A stretch of DNA of 64,000 bases from Alphaproteobacteria bacterium (GTDB lineage Bacteria > Pseudomonadota > Alphaproteobacteria > Rs-D84 > CACZYB01): the NCBI GenBank assembly GCA_009785175.1, contig WQWV01000002.1, forward strand, positions 22,749-86,748, read 5' to 3'. The position numbers were made by a program, and so were the translations under genes. The number at the start of each line of letters is the position of its first letter. The stretch's first letter is position 1. Positions 17,886 to 27,013 of this stretch are shown here, in pieces. The notes beneath the pieces are model-generated. The model had not been told where the DNA came from. It did not search any database and saw nothing but the letters and a program-made list of their open reading frames with translations.

Positions 17886-18356
17886 TTGGGCGATATATGG
17901 ATTAAGATTGACGTTATGACAATACGCCCAGCAATGCCCGCCGACATAGACTTCATCATTGAAGCAAACGTCGCGATCAACGAAATATCAGGCTCGACCG
18001 CTTTGGCCGGACTTCGCCAACGGCTGAACGCAGATATATTTTCGGACGAGCCAAAAGCCTATGTCATAATCGCCGAAATGGACGGACGGCCGGTTGGAAT
18101 GGCGCTTTACTCGTGGACATACTTCGCCAACGACGGGCGCATAATGTGGCTTTCCCAAGTTTACGTCAAGCCGGAATATCGACGCCACCGAGTCGCCTTC
18201 GCGCTTTTCCGCGAGTTGAAAAACGCTGCGGCGGCAGGAGGAGCGCACGCCATAGTCGGAGGCGTGGATTCGGAAAACTTGCGCGCTATGAAAGTATACA
18301 ATTTCATCGGAGCGCAGGCGCTTGATAAATACAAGCTTATGTGTTGCAAAATATAA
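17886..18356 (+). CDS. GNAT family N-acetyltransferase
   Basis: acetyl-CoA binding motif region …QVYVKPEYRRHRVAFALFREL…; 156 aa. Confidence 0.7.
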   Translation: MGDIWIKIDVMTIRPAMPADIDFIIEANVAINEISGSTALAGLRQRLNADIFSDEPKAYVIIAEMDGRPVGMALYSWTYFANDGRIMWLSQVYVKPEYRRHRVAFALFRELKNAAAAGGAHAIVGGVDSENLRAMKVYNFIGAQALDKYKLMCCKI

Positions 18357-18366
18357 AGGGTAAAAA

Positions 18367-18711
18367 ATGAAAAAGAACACCGATAAAAAACAAGGATTCA
18401 ACGGTTGGAACCTTAGGGACGAGCGCCTTATCGCAAATCTGATTTTACTTTCCAGCACCGAAAAATGCGCCGACAAAACGTTGCGCGGTTTTTTCCCCGA
18501 TGCCAAAACCGACTATGAAAAAACTCAAATCCTCAAGCGATATTACGAATTCAATATAGCGAGCGGAACGGGACACAAAGAGGACCATCATTATTACGGC
18601 CTTATCCTTGCCTATCTTTTATCCATGGTCCGAGATTTCGGCGTAAACTTTGTCATTAGACCCAAATATCGGGAAAGAGCCGACAAGGCTAAAAACGCAA
18701 AACAGAGATAG
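18367..18711 (+). CDS. hypothetical protein (114 aa)
   Basis: ORF with AGGGTAAAAA-ATG context; no motif. Confidence 0.4.
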   Translation: MKKNTDKKQGFNGWNLRDERLIANLILLSSTEKCADKTLRGFFPDAKTDYEKTQILKRYYEFNIASGTGHKEDHHYYGLILAYLLSMVRDFGVNFVIRPKYRERADKAKNAKQR

Positions 18712-18775
18712 GAATATCCTCTTCTTTAGACTTTCCTCCTATTGTGATAAAATACCCATGAAAAGGAGAAATGCT

Positions 18776-19099
18776 ATGGACGAGGAACACACAAAACTTT
18801 GGGGCGCAATCGACAAGGTCGCAAACCGTTCGGGATTATCTACAAGCGCTTTGGCAAAAAGGTCGGGACTGGACGCAACATCTTTTAACAAAAGCAAAAG
18901 ATTTTATCCCTATGGAAAAAAACGATGGCCAACTATGGAGTCGATAAGCAAGGTGATCCTTAGCACCAATTCCGATTGGCACGAGTTTCTTGATATGCTC
19001 GAGGAATGCGAGACCGAAACGGCAGAAGCAGGAAAAGCCTCGGCACCCGGGGATTATCCGCTTCGCGGCGTCGAGATCAAGGGGAACAAGAAGGTTTAG
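18776..19099 (+). CDS. small helix-turn-helix (XRE-like) DNA-binding protein
   Basis: 107 aa; …GLSTSALAKRSGLDATSFNKSKR… HTH pattern; AGGAG 7 nt upstream. Confidence 0.55.
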   Translation: MDEEHTKLWGAIDKVANRSGLSTSALAKRSGLDATSFNKSKRFYPYGKKRWPTMESISKVILSTNSDWHEFLDMLEECETETAEAGKASAPGDYPLRGVEIKGNKKV

Positions 19100-19270
19100 G
19101 GATAAATCAAAAGTTATTCGTTGGCTCCGCTAGTCGAAAATACTTTCGATTTTGGAATACTTTTTATACAGAGCAAGCCAAGAACGCCACGGGCGTGCTT
19201 GAGCCTGCGAAAGCCGGCGCCCGGGTGGGGCGTTCGCCGGCCCGCTCCGCGGGGGTAGCACAATAGGCTT

Positions 19271-19300
19271 GACTGGATACCGGTTCAAGCCCGGCATGAC
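19271..19300. repeat. R1 hairpin repeat copy (GACTGGATACCGGTTCAAGCCCGGCATGAC)
   Basis: family member. Confidence 0.8.
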
Positions 19301-19347
19301 TAAAAGGCTATCTTGCATTTTCCCGCAAGCCCTGCTACCATACCTTC

Positions 19348-20127
19348 ATGTTCGATAAAATCGCCGCAATAGGCCGCCTTGGAATAAACTTCGTCCGCGA
19401 GATCTACGACGTCATAGTATTCGCCGTGCGCGCAGTCATAAACATGTTCACGCCGCCGTTTTACCCGCGCGCCCTGATAACAAACATGGTCGAGATAGGA
19501 TTTTTTTCGCTTCCCGTAGTCGCGCTTACCGCATTGTTCGCAGGAATGGTGCTTGCCATGCAAAGCTATTCCGGGTTCGCGGAATTTTCCGCCGACGGAG
19601 GAGCGGTCGCGATGGTTGTCGTAATCGCAATCACGCGAGAGCTCGGCCCCGTCTTCGCCGGCCTTATGGTAGCGGGACGAATTGGCGCGACACAGGCCGC
19701 CTCAATCGGCACAATGCGCGTATCCGAACAGATCGACGCGCTTAAAACCCTTTCGACAAGCCCGTTCAAATATTTGGTTTCGCCCCGCATACTCGCCGGC
19801 GTGCTTACCATGCCGTTTTTGGTCTTCATCGCGAACGTGATCGGGATTTTCGGGGGATTTTTGGCTGCCGTATTCACGCTCAACCTAAACCCGTTCGTAT
19901 ACATAAAGGAAACGTATGAGGCGCTTACTTTCTATGACGTCTATGTGGGATTGGTCAAGGCGGCCGTATTCGGATTCATCATCACGCTTATGGGTTGCTA
20001 TTTCGGATACAACGCAAAGGGCGGAGCCGAGGGCGTAGGCAAGGCCACCACAAACGCCGTCGTCATGAGCTCGATCTTGATATTGATCCTTAACTATGTC
20101 CTTACCGCGATATTCTTCGAGGGCTAG
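19348..20127 (+). CDS. mlaE: phospholipid ABC transporter permease MlaE (YrbE family)
   Basis: 259 aa, 5-6 TM, strong family pattern …ITRELGPVFAGLMVAGRIGA…TLSTSPFKYLVSPRILAG…. Confidence 0.8.
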   Translation: MFDKIAAIGRLGINFVREIYDVIVFAVRAVINMFTPPFYPRALITNMVEIGFFSLPVVALTALFAGMVLAMQSYSGFAEFSADGGAVAMVVVIAITRELGPVFAGLMVAGRIGATQAASIGTMRVSEQIDALKTLSTSPFKYLVSPRILAGVLTMPFLVFIANVIGIFGGFLAAVFTLNLNPFVYIKETYEALTFYDVYVGLVKAAVFGFIITLMGCYFGYNAKGGAEGVGKATTNAVVMSSILILILNYVLTAIFFEG

Positions 20128-20129
20128 GC

Positions 20130-21119
20130 ATGTTCAAAAAACTAAAAGATTATGGTTATGTGTTGACCAGCCCGAGGTATATGAAAAAATACCTGGTCCG
20201 TTTTCTTGGCAATTTCATTCCCACCAAATACCTTAGGGCGAAATTCAATATCCTTTGCTTTTGGCCGGGACAGATCAGCTTTGACCACACGCGCCTTCCA
20301 ATCATGCCCACCAAATGCGAGCGTATCGACGTCGCGCTTAGTTTTAACAAAGAGTATGTCAAGTTCGCCGCGGTCGTGATACTATCTCTTATCGAATCGT
20401 CGCGCGGCCGGTGCGATTACGATATCTGGTGCATAGTGGATTCGACGGTGGACGAGGAGGATAAAAAACTTTTGGCCGGCTTTGTCGACGGAACGGATTC
20501 AAGAATAAAATTCATACTTAACAACGACGATTTCGCGCATGCCAGAAGCGGCAAGTGGTCGCCCGTGGTATGGTGGAGGCTACAGCTTCCGGTATTGTTG
20601 CCGGCAAGCGTCAAGCGCGTGGTGTATGCGGATTGCGACACGGTATTCATCGGCGATTTGGCCGAGATTGCGCGCATGGATTTCGGAGATAATTTGATTG
20701 CCGGTTGCCGCGACTCGATATGGCGCAAATCGTATTTCGATGGGAAGCCGCGCGGAGATACCTATATCAACGCCGGCTTTACCGCCATGAACCTTGACGC
20801 AATCCGACGGGAAAAAATCATGGACCGGTGGATAGCCGAATCCAAGCGGCCGCATTCCTTCAACGATCAGGACGTAATAAACTATACCTGTGCCGGACGA
20901 GTAATGTTGCTACCTAGACGGTTCAACACCGATCCCAATCCCTTCATGTTCGACCCGGATATTTCGGAGCAGGATAGGCTCGAGATGAAATACAACACCG
21001 TCATGCTGCATTTGACTAATGTCCATAGGCCGTGGAAGCGCGGCGGACGAATCGTATCTCCGTTCGAGAAGGCATGGTTGTATTGGGCGGGAAAGACCGG
21101 GTTGTTTAAGTTTACCTAA
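20130..21119 (+). CDS. glycosyltransferase family 8 (LPS alpha-1,3-glucosyl/galactosyltransferase-like)
   Basis: GT8 pattern incl. DxD (YADCDTVFIGDLAEI), HLTNVHRPW C-terminal motif. Confidence 0.7.
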   Translation: MFKKLKDYGYVLTSPRYMKKYLVRFLGNFIPTKYLRAKFNILCFWPGQISFDHTRLPIMPTKCERIDVALSFNKEYVKFAAVVILSLIESSRGRCDYDIWCIVDSTVDEEDKKLLAGFVDGTDSRIKFILNNDDFAHARSGKWSPVVWWRLQLPVLLPASVKRVVYADCDTVFIGDLAEIARMDFGDNLIAGCRDSIWRKSYFDGKPRGDTYINAGFTAMNLDAIRREKIMDRWIAESKRPHSFNDQDVINYTCAGRVMLLPRRFNTDPNPFMFDPDISEQDRLEMKYNTVMLHLTNVHRPWKRGGRIVSPFEKAWLYWAGKTGLFKFT

Positions 21120-22704
21120 TCAACAACGGCGTTAATTCATCAAGCATTTTTTTTGCGGTAGGCGCAGCCGTGCAACCGGCGCCGATACATTTTCCATTCT
21201 TCGGTTCGTCAAGCATAACTACTATAGTATAACGCGGGCTTTCAAGCGGAATGGACGCCGCGAAGAAAGTCATCGTGCGCGTGGGATCATACTTGCCGTC
21301 CGACCCGCGCTTTTGCATGGTGCCGGTCTTGCCGCCCGAGACAAACTCGCTTGTCGATGCGCCGCGACCCGTGCCGTCCGTTATAACAAGACCCAAAAGG
21401 CGCTTCATCTCGACGGACGTATTCTCGCGCATGACTTGCCGCGCGGTGAAGGGAGTATCGAAATCGCGTTTCAGTATCGTAGGATTGATATACATTCCAC
21501 CGCCGACTATCGCATTCATAGCAACCGCCGTATGCAAAAGCGAAATCGCCAAGCCGTTGCCATAGGACACCGTTCGTCCGGTCGTCCTGGTCCACTCGGA
21601 CCGTATCGGAGCAGCGAGTCCGGGCAGCTCGAAATCAAGGCGCTCGAAGAAACGAAGCTTGCCAAGGAACTCGGTTTGTTTCGCGAATCCTATGGCGTCG
21701 GCGATATGGATCGAGGCGCGATTGCTCGAGTAAAAAAACGCCTCGTCGAAACTTAAAATCCGTTTGTAAAAATGCGAATCGCGAACGTTGAAGGCGCCGA
21801 TGTGCACAGCCTTGCTGACATCGAAATTAGTCTTTTGATCAAAGCCGTGCTCGATCGCAAGCGCGTGGTTGAAAATCTTCATGACCGAACCCTGTTCATA
21901 GGATTCAGAAATCACCTTGTTGCGATGAGGGCGAGAAAGCGCGAACGAATTCGCGCTTGATGAATCGAAATCAGGCAAGCTTACCAGCGCGACAACTTCT
22001 CCGTTTTTAACATCGATCACGACGCCCGCGGCGGCTATGGCGTTAAACCTTTCGAGCGCGTATAGAAGCGAGGAGTGCAGCGACTGCTGAACAAACCGAT
22101 CGACCGAGAGCTTAAGCGGTTCGGCGACGTATGCCGCGCCATTGTCGTCAAGGTATTTTTCTATGCCGAAGACGCCTTTGTTTTCCCTATTAATCCCTCC
22201 TATGACGTGGGCGAAAAGTCGGCCGTGCGGATAGTATCTTTCCTCGCGCGGAATGAATCGAATTCCAGGATCGCGAAGCGCCGCTATCCTATCCATGTCC
22301 TCTTTGGATACCGAGCGCGAAAGCACCGCGCATTTGCGCTTAAGAGCGAAAGCGTCCGAGATTTGTTTCTTTGAAAACTGCGGCATAAGGCGATTAAGGT
22401 TCGCGGCCGAGGCGACCGGATCCTTTACATCCACTCCATTTATGCAAAGCTCGAACACGGGAAGATTCAGCGCCAGCAATTCACCGTTGCGATCGACAAT
22501 ATCGCGCCTTACATTCACGGTGGACAGGCGCGCGGATTTGGGATTTCGCATCTCGTTAATCTGGAGCTGCGCTATACGAAAAATAAATATGGCGAAGGCG
22601 AGGCAGATCGCGACGCGAACCAAGATAAGCCGCATATCCCCGCCCCTTTTTTGAAACCACGCAAGCGGCAGGTGGCGGCCGTATATGAAGCCGGGGTCAT
22701 TCAT
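21112..22704 (-). CDS. ftsI: peptidoglycan D,D-transpeptidase, class B penicillin-binding protein (FtsI-like)
   Basis: N-terminal TM anchor; SxxK (GSVMK), SxN (SSN), KTG (KTGT) motifs; downstream of ftsL. Confidence 0.8.
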   Translation of the reverse strand: MNDPGFIYGRHLPLAWFQKRGGDMRLILVRVAICLAFAIFIFRIAQLQINEMRNPKSARLSTVNVRRDIVDRNGELLALNLPVFELCINGVDVKDPVASAANLNRLMPQFSKKQISDAFALKRKCAVLSRSVSKEDMDRIAALRDPGIRFIPREERYYPHGRLFAHVIGGINRENKGVFGIEKYLDDNGAAYVAEPLKLSVDRFVQQSLHSSLLYALERFNAIAAAGVVIDVKNGEVVALVSLPDFDSSSANSFALSRPHRNKVISESYEQGSVMKIFNHALAIEHGFDQKTNFDVSKAVHIGAFNVRDSHFYKRILSFDEAFFYSSNRASIHIADAIGFAKQTEFLGKLRFFERLDFELPGLAAPIRSEWTRTTGRTVSYGNGLAISLLHTAVAMNAIVGGGMYINPTILKRDFDTPFTARQVMRENTSVEMKRLLGLVITDGTGRGASTSEFVSGGKTGTMQKRGSDGKYDPTRTMTFFAASIPLESPRYTIVVMLDEPKNGKCIGAGCTAAPTAKKMLDELTPLLIR

Positions 22705-23002
22705 TCCCCGCCTCGAACTTGGGATTGATCGGAATGTCGAAAACGGATATTATATCGCGCGCAGTGATCGCCTTGAAATCGGAAAGTCTCGCATCGGAAA
22801 GTTGACGCACGCGCGTAATCGAAAGAAGCGATATGATCTCGGCGCGCACCACGCGGATTTCGGTTTCCGCCCCGGCTATATCACGCTCGACGCCCGCGAT
22901 CTCTTTGTTCAAAAGGTTCGCGCGGTATTGCAAAATCGCGGAGGTTATCACAAGCATCATCGAGCTTGCGATACATACGCCATATACGGTCGATTTCTTC
23001 AT
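22697..23002 (-). CDS. ftsL: cell division protein FtsL
   Basis: 101 aa bitopic coiled-coil protein between rsmH and ftsI. Confidence 0.65.
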   Translation of the reverse strand: MKKSTVYGVCIASSMMLVITSAILQYRANLLNKEIAGVERDIAGAETEIRVVRAEIISLLSITRVRQLSDARLSDFKAITARDIISVFDIPINPKFEAGNE

Positions 23003-23859
23003 ATCCTTATGCCAGCCCGAAGTTTCGCAGAGGCAGCGCGCGGGTTCAAGGCTACCTCTTCCGTGCTAGGAATTATAGCATTTTTGGCCAGAGTTTGGAA
23101 GTCCTTTTTTACTTGGGCGGGCGTGGGCGCATAGCGGGAAGCGCTTGGCTGTTTGGGTGTGAAAAAATTTTTCGCGATGCGGTCTTCAAGCGAGTGGAAG
23201 GACACTATTACAAGGCGGCCGCCGGCGGCAAGAAGCGATTTCGTTGCGGCAAGTGCGGTGGCGAGCTCGTTCAACTCGTCGTTGACCGCGATACGCAGCG
23301 CCTGGAACACTTTGGGAATGTCCTTGTGCGGGAGGAGTTTTGTAAGTTGAGCCGTCGTTTCTATGGGGCGATTCGATATTAATTTTTTTGTAATCGAACC
23401 TGCGTGCGATACCTCGCCATATTCGCGGAGGATTTTTGCTATGCGCTCGGGTTTGGAGGTATTCAAAATGTCGGCGGCGGTTTTGGTTGCGCCCTCTCCC
23501 ATTCGCATATCCAACAGGGCGTCAAAACGGAAAGAAAATCCACGCGACGCCGTGTCGATCTGCATCGACGATACGCCGATGTCCATGACTATGGAATCTA
23601 CTTTTTCTTTGATGATGCCGATTTGCGAGAAGGGAAGATTGTGAAACTCTAGGTTGCCGTATTTTTTCTGTAGCTCCTTTACACGGGGCAAAACGCTCGG
23701 ATCGCGATCGAATGCGATGACATTAGCGCCAGTCTTTAATATTGCCTCGGTATACCCGCCATAGCCGAAGGTGCAGTCGATGATTGTTTGGCCTTTGGCC
23801 GGTTTTAGAATTTCCAAAACTTCATTTAGGAGGACGGGAATGTGTGGCGCGTTTTGCAT
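22999..23859 (-). CDS. rsmH: 16S rRNA (cytosine1402-N4)-methyltransferase RsmH (MraW)
   Basis: MQNAPHIPVLLNEVLEIL…CTFGYGGYTEAIL matches RsmH N-terminus; TATAAT lies 9 nt upstream of this ATG. Confidence 0.85.
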   Translation of the reverse strand: MQNAPHIPVLLNEVLEILKPAKGQTIIDCTFGYGGYTEAILKTGANVIAFDRDPSVLPRVKELQKKYGNLEFHNLPFSQIGIIKEKVDSIVMDIGVSSMQIDTASRGFSFRFDALLDMRMGEGATKTAADILNTSKPERIAKILREYGEVSHAGSITKKLISNRPIETTAQLTKLLPHKDIPKVFQALRIAVNDELNELATALAATKSLLAAGGRLVIVSFHSLEDRIAKNFFTPKQPSASRYAPTPAQVKKDFQTLAKNAIIPSTEEVALNPRAASAKLRAGIRI

Positions 23860-24151
23860 GCCTATATTATAACACAAAGTTCGAAAGAAGGCTAGGAACT
23901 TAACCCGTAAAAAAGGTGCTTGTATTCCCCGAGTGTTGTGCTATCCTTTGATTGTATCCGAGAGGGTGCCAAGGCTTAAAGAACCTTGCGATAAGGGTGT
24001 TGGATATGTCCCTAAACATACCCCTGCTTGAGCGGGGAGCCGTTGCTATAAAATAGGAGAAATCCGAAGGCAGCGGGGTCATCTTATCGTGATTTCTTTA
24101 ACTCCCCGCGCCTTTTCTTGGATCATAAAAAACCAAGGAGAGAGATCGTTC

Positions 24152-24337
24152 ATGAACGAGCAAAAGCAAATCTTAAACACCATCAAGGAAATCGCGGCCG
24201 ATATCAAGGTGTTGAGTAGTGAAGATGCAGACGGCACCAAAAATAAAATCAATGCTATTAAAAACGAGATAGGCGAGCTTAAAGCATACCTGCAAATCTC
24301 GTCGATGATGAAAATGCGGTTTGTCGAAGAGGGTTAG
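24152..24337 (+). CDS. small coiled-coil protein (61 aa), hypothetical
   Basis: AAGGAGAGAG SD 7 nt upstream of ATG. Confidence 0.4.
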   Translation: MNEQKQILNTIKEIAADIKVLSSEDADGTKNKINAIKNEIGELKAYLQISSMMKMRFVEEG

Positions 24338-24433
24338 CCCGCGAGCGTTCTACGAGCGTTGCCTCAAAAAGGCCACCAATGTGGAGTGAGCTGCATGCGC
24401 GTATTATAGCACGAAGGCGCGGGGCTGGCAATA

Positions 24434-24871
24434 TTATCTATCGCGCTTGGCTTTATCCATCATCTCGGATAGTCCCAAAATCGGGTTCTTGCCCTGATAT
24501 TGCTTTTTGGATTCCTCGTTGGAAACCACGAAAGAGTTTCCGAATTTCTTTTCGTATTGGCGCAACAGAGCGGGAAATTTGTCGGGATCTATGCCGCCGG
24601 ATATTTTTATCGAGGCGAAATCCGCTTCTTTGAGTTGTGGGAATTGCTTGAGAAGAAAAGGTTTGGCAAATTCGGTAGCACGCGGAAGCGAGTGCGTCAT
24701 AAGGTCGTCGCCCGTCATGAAATTCAATACATCATACACATCATCAATGCGCCCGTCGGAAACTAGGTATCCCGTAGTGATATTCAAAATCTGCGCGAGA
24801 GTGAATTCTTTTTTCGTGATGTCCTTTTTAAGTTTGGACGTCCCAGTATTCAGGTCTTTTTTCGATACCAT
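24434..24871 (-). CDS. hypothetical protein (145 aa) inserted between mraZ and rsmH
   Basis: AAAGGAG SD; promoter with A9 tract and palindromic operator upstream. Confidence 0.5.
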   Translation of the reverse strand: MVSKKDLNTGTSKLKKDITKKEFTLAQILNITTGYLVSDGRIDDVYDVLNFMTGDDLMTHSLPRATEFAKPFLLKQFPQLKEADFASIKISGGIDPDKFPALLRQYEKKFGNSFVVSNEESKKQYQGKNPILGLSEMMDKAKRDR

Positions 24872-24898
24872 ATTTATCTCCTTTGGTTAATAATTTCA

Positions 24899-24961
24899 AT
24901 GATACAATCTATTTTTTTTTGTCAACTATTTTCCTGTTCCGCTCCGCGGAAAATAGTTGAC
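24899..24961 (-). promoter_or_regulatory. promoter TTGACA-[A9 tract]-N15-TATCAT overlapped by perfect 13-bp inverted repeat GTCAACTATTTTC-N15-GAAAATAGTTGAC (candidate operator)
   Basis: T9 at 24912-24920 on + strand; IR arms 24921-24933 and 24949-24961. Confidence 0.5.
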
Positions 24962-25236
24962 GGGGGAGTTTCAAATCATAAACCCAAATCTTATGCAACG
25001 GGCGGATAAGCCAGGCACGAAGTGCCGCAGCGAATCAGGGCCCCGTTGTAGAAGATTTATGCTTTTCGCGCTTTGCGCGAGGGGGGGGGCGCCCTGCGGG
25101 CTTGGAAAGCCTATGGTTTGATTTGCCTTAAAACTCTCCGCCCGGGGAGTTTTGGCGGCGACCCGCCTTCGCATAGCTCCGGCGAGGCAGGGGCTAGTGT
25201 TGGCGCACTCGCGGGGGAAGTTTCATTATACGTTGC

Positions 25237-25686
25237 TTAGTTTTTCGGAATCACCAGACTCGGGCGTTCGCGTTGGGCGCGGGTGCGGTCAAGTTCCTGC
25301 TGCTCCTTGAAGTCGGCGGCGTTCCAAATCTGAAAAGTCTTGCCGCGGCCGACGAAAAGCGCCTTGCCATTTATACCCGCGTGAGCGAGTAGATCCGCTG
25401 GAACAACTATGCGGCCGGCGGAATCGAACTGTAGGCTGCGCGCGTCCGAGAATATCAACGAGTTTATGCTTTGCGCCTCCGAGCCGAAAAGATCCATCGT
25501 GTCGGCGGCGTCGGAGATTTTCTCCATGCGATCCATAGTGCAGCCCTCGATACATTTCGCGGTGAACGAGCGGTAAAGGACTACGCCCGCGTAAATCCCC
25601 TCGGGGACGGCGTGGCGGAACTCGACTGGCACGGACGTGCGGCCTTTCGAATCGATTGTTCCCTCGATGGCGCCTAAAAACAACAT
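25237..25686 (-). CDS. mraZ: transcriptional regulator MraZ
   Basis: two DxxxR/DSKGR-type repeats (IDSKGRTSVP… and FDSAGRIVVP…), 149 aa. Confidence 0.85.
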   Translation of the reverse strand: MLFLGAIEGTIDSKGRTSVPVEFRHAVPEGIYAGVVLYRSFTAKCIEGCTMDRMEKISDAADTMDLFGSEAQSINSLIFSDARSLQFDSAGRIVVPADLLAHAGINGKALFVGRGKTFQIWNAADFKEQQELDRTRAQRERPSLVIPKN

Positions 25687-25711
25687 GGTTCTATCCTAGT
25701 CCCCATATCTT

Positions 25712-25800
25712 TAACTGTCAATGACAAAGTTTGACGTCGAATGCCATTTCTTGACATCATAAAATAAATTGAAATATTTGAAGCTTTTTACTTGACATGC
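25712..25800. promoter_or_regulatory. mraZ upstream region with repeated (T)TGACA/GTCAA motifs incl. palindrome TGTCAATGACA and -35/-10 (TTGACA-N17-TAGGAT) ending 6 nt before mraZ ATG
   Basis: minus-strand reading: GTCAA…GTCAA…GTCAttGACAgttaaagatatggggacTAGGATagaaccATG. Confidence 0.35.
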
Positions 25801-25883
25801 GAATCGGGGTTTGCAAGAATGGCATCGAGGCAACAAAATCCACCTTCGTGCCTGGCGATGGCGGACTAAAGAGAGGAGAAACC

Positions 25884-26240
25884 ATGGAAACCAAAAACAA
25901 GACTGTCCTTATGACCGTCATCGACGATATCCTTGGCGACATAATGTGGGCCGAAAGGAACGGCATGCTTATATCGCTTAAAGAGGCTATCGCGCGTTCC
26001 ATAGCGGGAGGATCGAACGGCAACATCGAGGCGCTTAGCCGCGACGAGCTGATCGGAGCATACACAGCTTTCCAAATCCGCAAGCAGCAGTTCACCAACA
26101 ACACCAAGGAAATGACCAACGCGAAGATCGCCGAGTGCCTTAAGCTCTTCATCTTCGACACCGCGCGCGAGCAGATGGCGGCGCTTGAGGAATCGGTTTC
26201 GGTGGACTCCGCGATCGAGAAGAAGTTCAAGGTTGCTTAA
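25884..26240 (+). CDS. hypothetical protein (118 aa), divergent from mraZ
   Basis: AGAGGAGAAACC-ATG. Confidence 0.5.
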   Translation: METKNKTVLMTVIDDILGDIMWAERNGMLISLKEAIARSIAGGSNGNIEALSRDELIGAYTAFQIRKQQFTNNTKEMTNAKIAECLKLFIFDTAREQMAALEESVSVDSAIEKKFKVA

Positions 26241-26250
26241 TCATTAGCCT

Positions 26251-26550
26251 AAATCTCCCCTTGTGGACAGCTGGACGAGGCAACGCCGAAGTGCCAGCAA
26301 GGTTCCATAAGGGGAGATTTGTGTTCAAGCGGCAAAGCCGCGCCTGCCCCCTTTAATAACAATGGTTTAATTTGCCCAAAAAAGCCAAGAGCAGTTGGCT
26401 TTTGTTAGGCGATGCTTGCATGGGCTCGCGGGGAATTTTTTCTATTGTCATTCCGGCCACCGGGCCGGAATCTAAGCCGACTGGATACCGGGTCGAGCCC
26501 GGTATGACAAGAGATTAAATCCCCCTTGGTGGTGCCTTGGGGGATTTTTG
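26251..26550. repeat. composite intergenic repeat block: R2 element (26251-26320), GCCAA hairpin/terminator (26385-26410), tandem hairpins incl. R1 copy (26449-26508), R2-mini hairpin (26515-26550)
   Basis: each sub-element has copies elsewhere in window. Confidence 0.8.
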
Positions 26551-26566
26551 TAAGGCTTGCTTTTAA

Positions 26567-26929
26567 CTAGCGCTGAAAGCTTGTATAATAGGCGACGGGT
26601 TTGCGGTTATGGGTATGATAGCCTACAGCAAGGCGGCATACTTCGCCACGAAAAGGATCCTTGTGCTCGGCCTTCAATATATTCTTATCGGCAAGGCATT
26701 TGGTCATGATCGTATTATATAAAAACTGGCCTTCTTTTTCCTTGTCGGTGAATATGTGTCCGTCAACCCAGACCAAGTAATGTCCGGTGCGGCGTTCGAT
26801 ATATGCTCTTGTCCTATCCAAGGAATTAAGAATAGAGTAATTGCCATTCACTATTGCAAACTTGACGCGATTGTATTGGATATCTTTGAGCAGATCACTT
26901 ATTTGGGGTTGTCCGTAAACTTCGGTCAT
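26567..26929 (-). CDS. hypothetical protein (120 aa) downstream of poly-G promoter
   Basis: AGGAG 8 nt upstream of ATG 26929; longer ORF start 26968 would lie in the promoter. Confidence 0.5.
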   Translation of the reverse strand: MTEVYGQPQISDLLKDIQYNRVKFAIVNGNYSILNSLDRTRAYIERRTGHYLVWVDGHIFTDKEKEGQFLYNTIMTKCLADKNILKAEHKDPFRGEVCRLAVGYHTHNRKPVAYYTSFQR

Positions 26930-26964
26930 ATTAAAAACTCCTTTGGTTTTTGTTATTAATAGAC

Positions 26965-26994
26965 ACAATACCCCCCCCCGGAAGATTTTGTCAA
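26965..26994 (-). promoter_or_regulatory. TTGACA-[aaatcttcc+G9]-TATTGT promoter with G9 tract (C9 on + strand 26971-26979) in 18-nt spacer
   Basis: same architecture as 8410-8436 and 32971-33000. Confidence 0.5.
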
Positions 26995-27013
26995 GTGGAA
27001 ACTTAGGGATATT

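Noticed and set aside
16894-19300. Intact genomic island or prophage at tRNA-Met
   Set aside because: No integrase, transposase, phage structural or conjugation genes are present. Only short direct repeats and a few GC-poor ORFs remain. Interpreted as a scar or remnant.
23880-24150. Possible structured ncRNA in the 270-bp gap upstream of rsmH (several local hairpins)
   Set aside because: It could not be matched by eye to 6S, SRP, RNase P, tmRNA or a riboswitch consensus. Left unannotated.
25712-25800. MraZ operator direct repeats
   Set aside because: Repeated GTCAA/TGACA motifs are present. The E. coli-type TGGGN repeats are not, so the assignment is only tentative and is kept as a low-confidence regulatory note.
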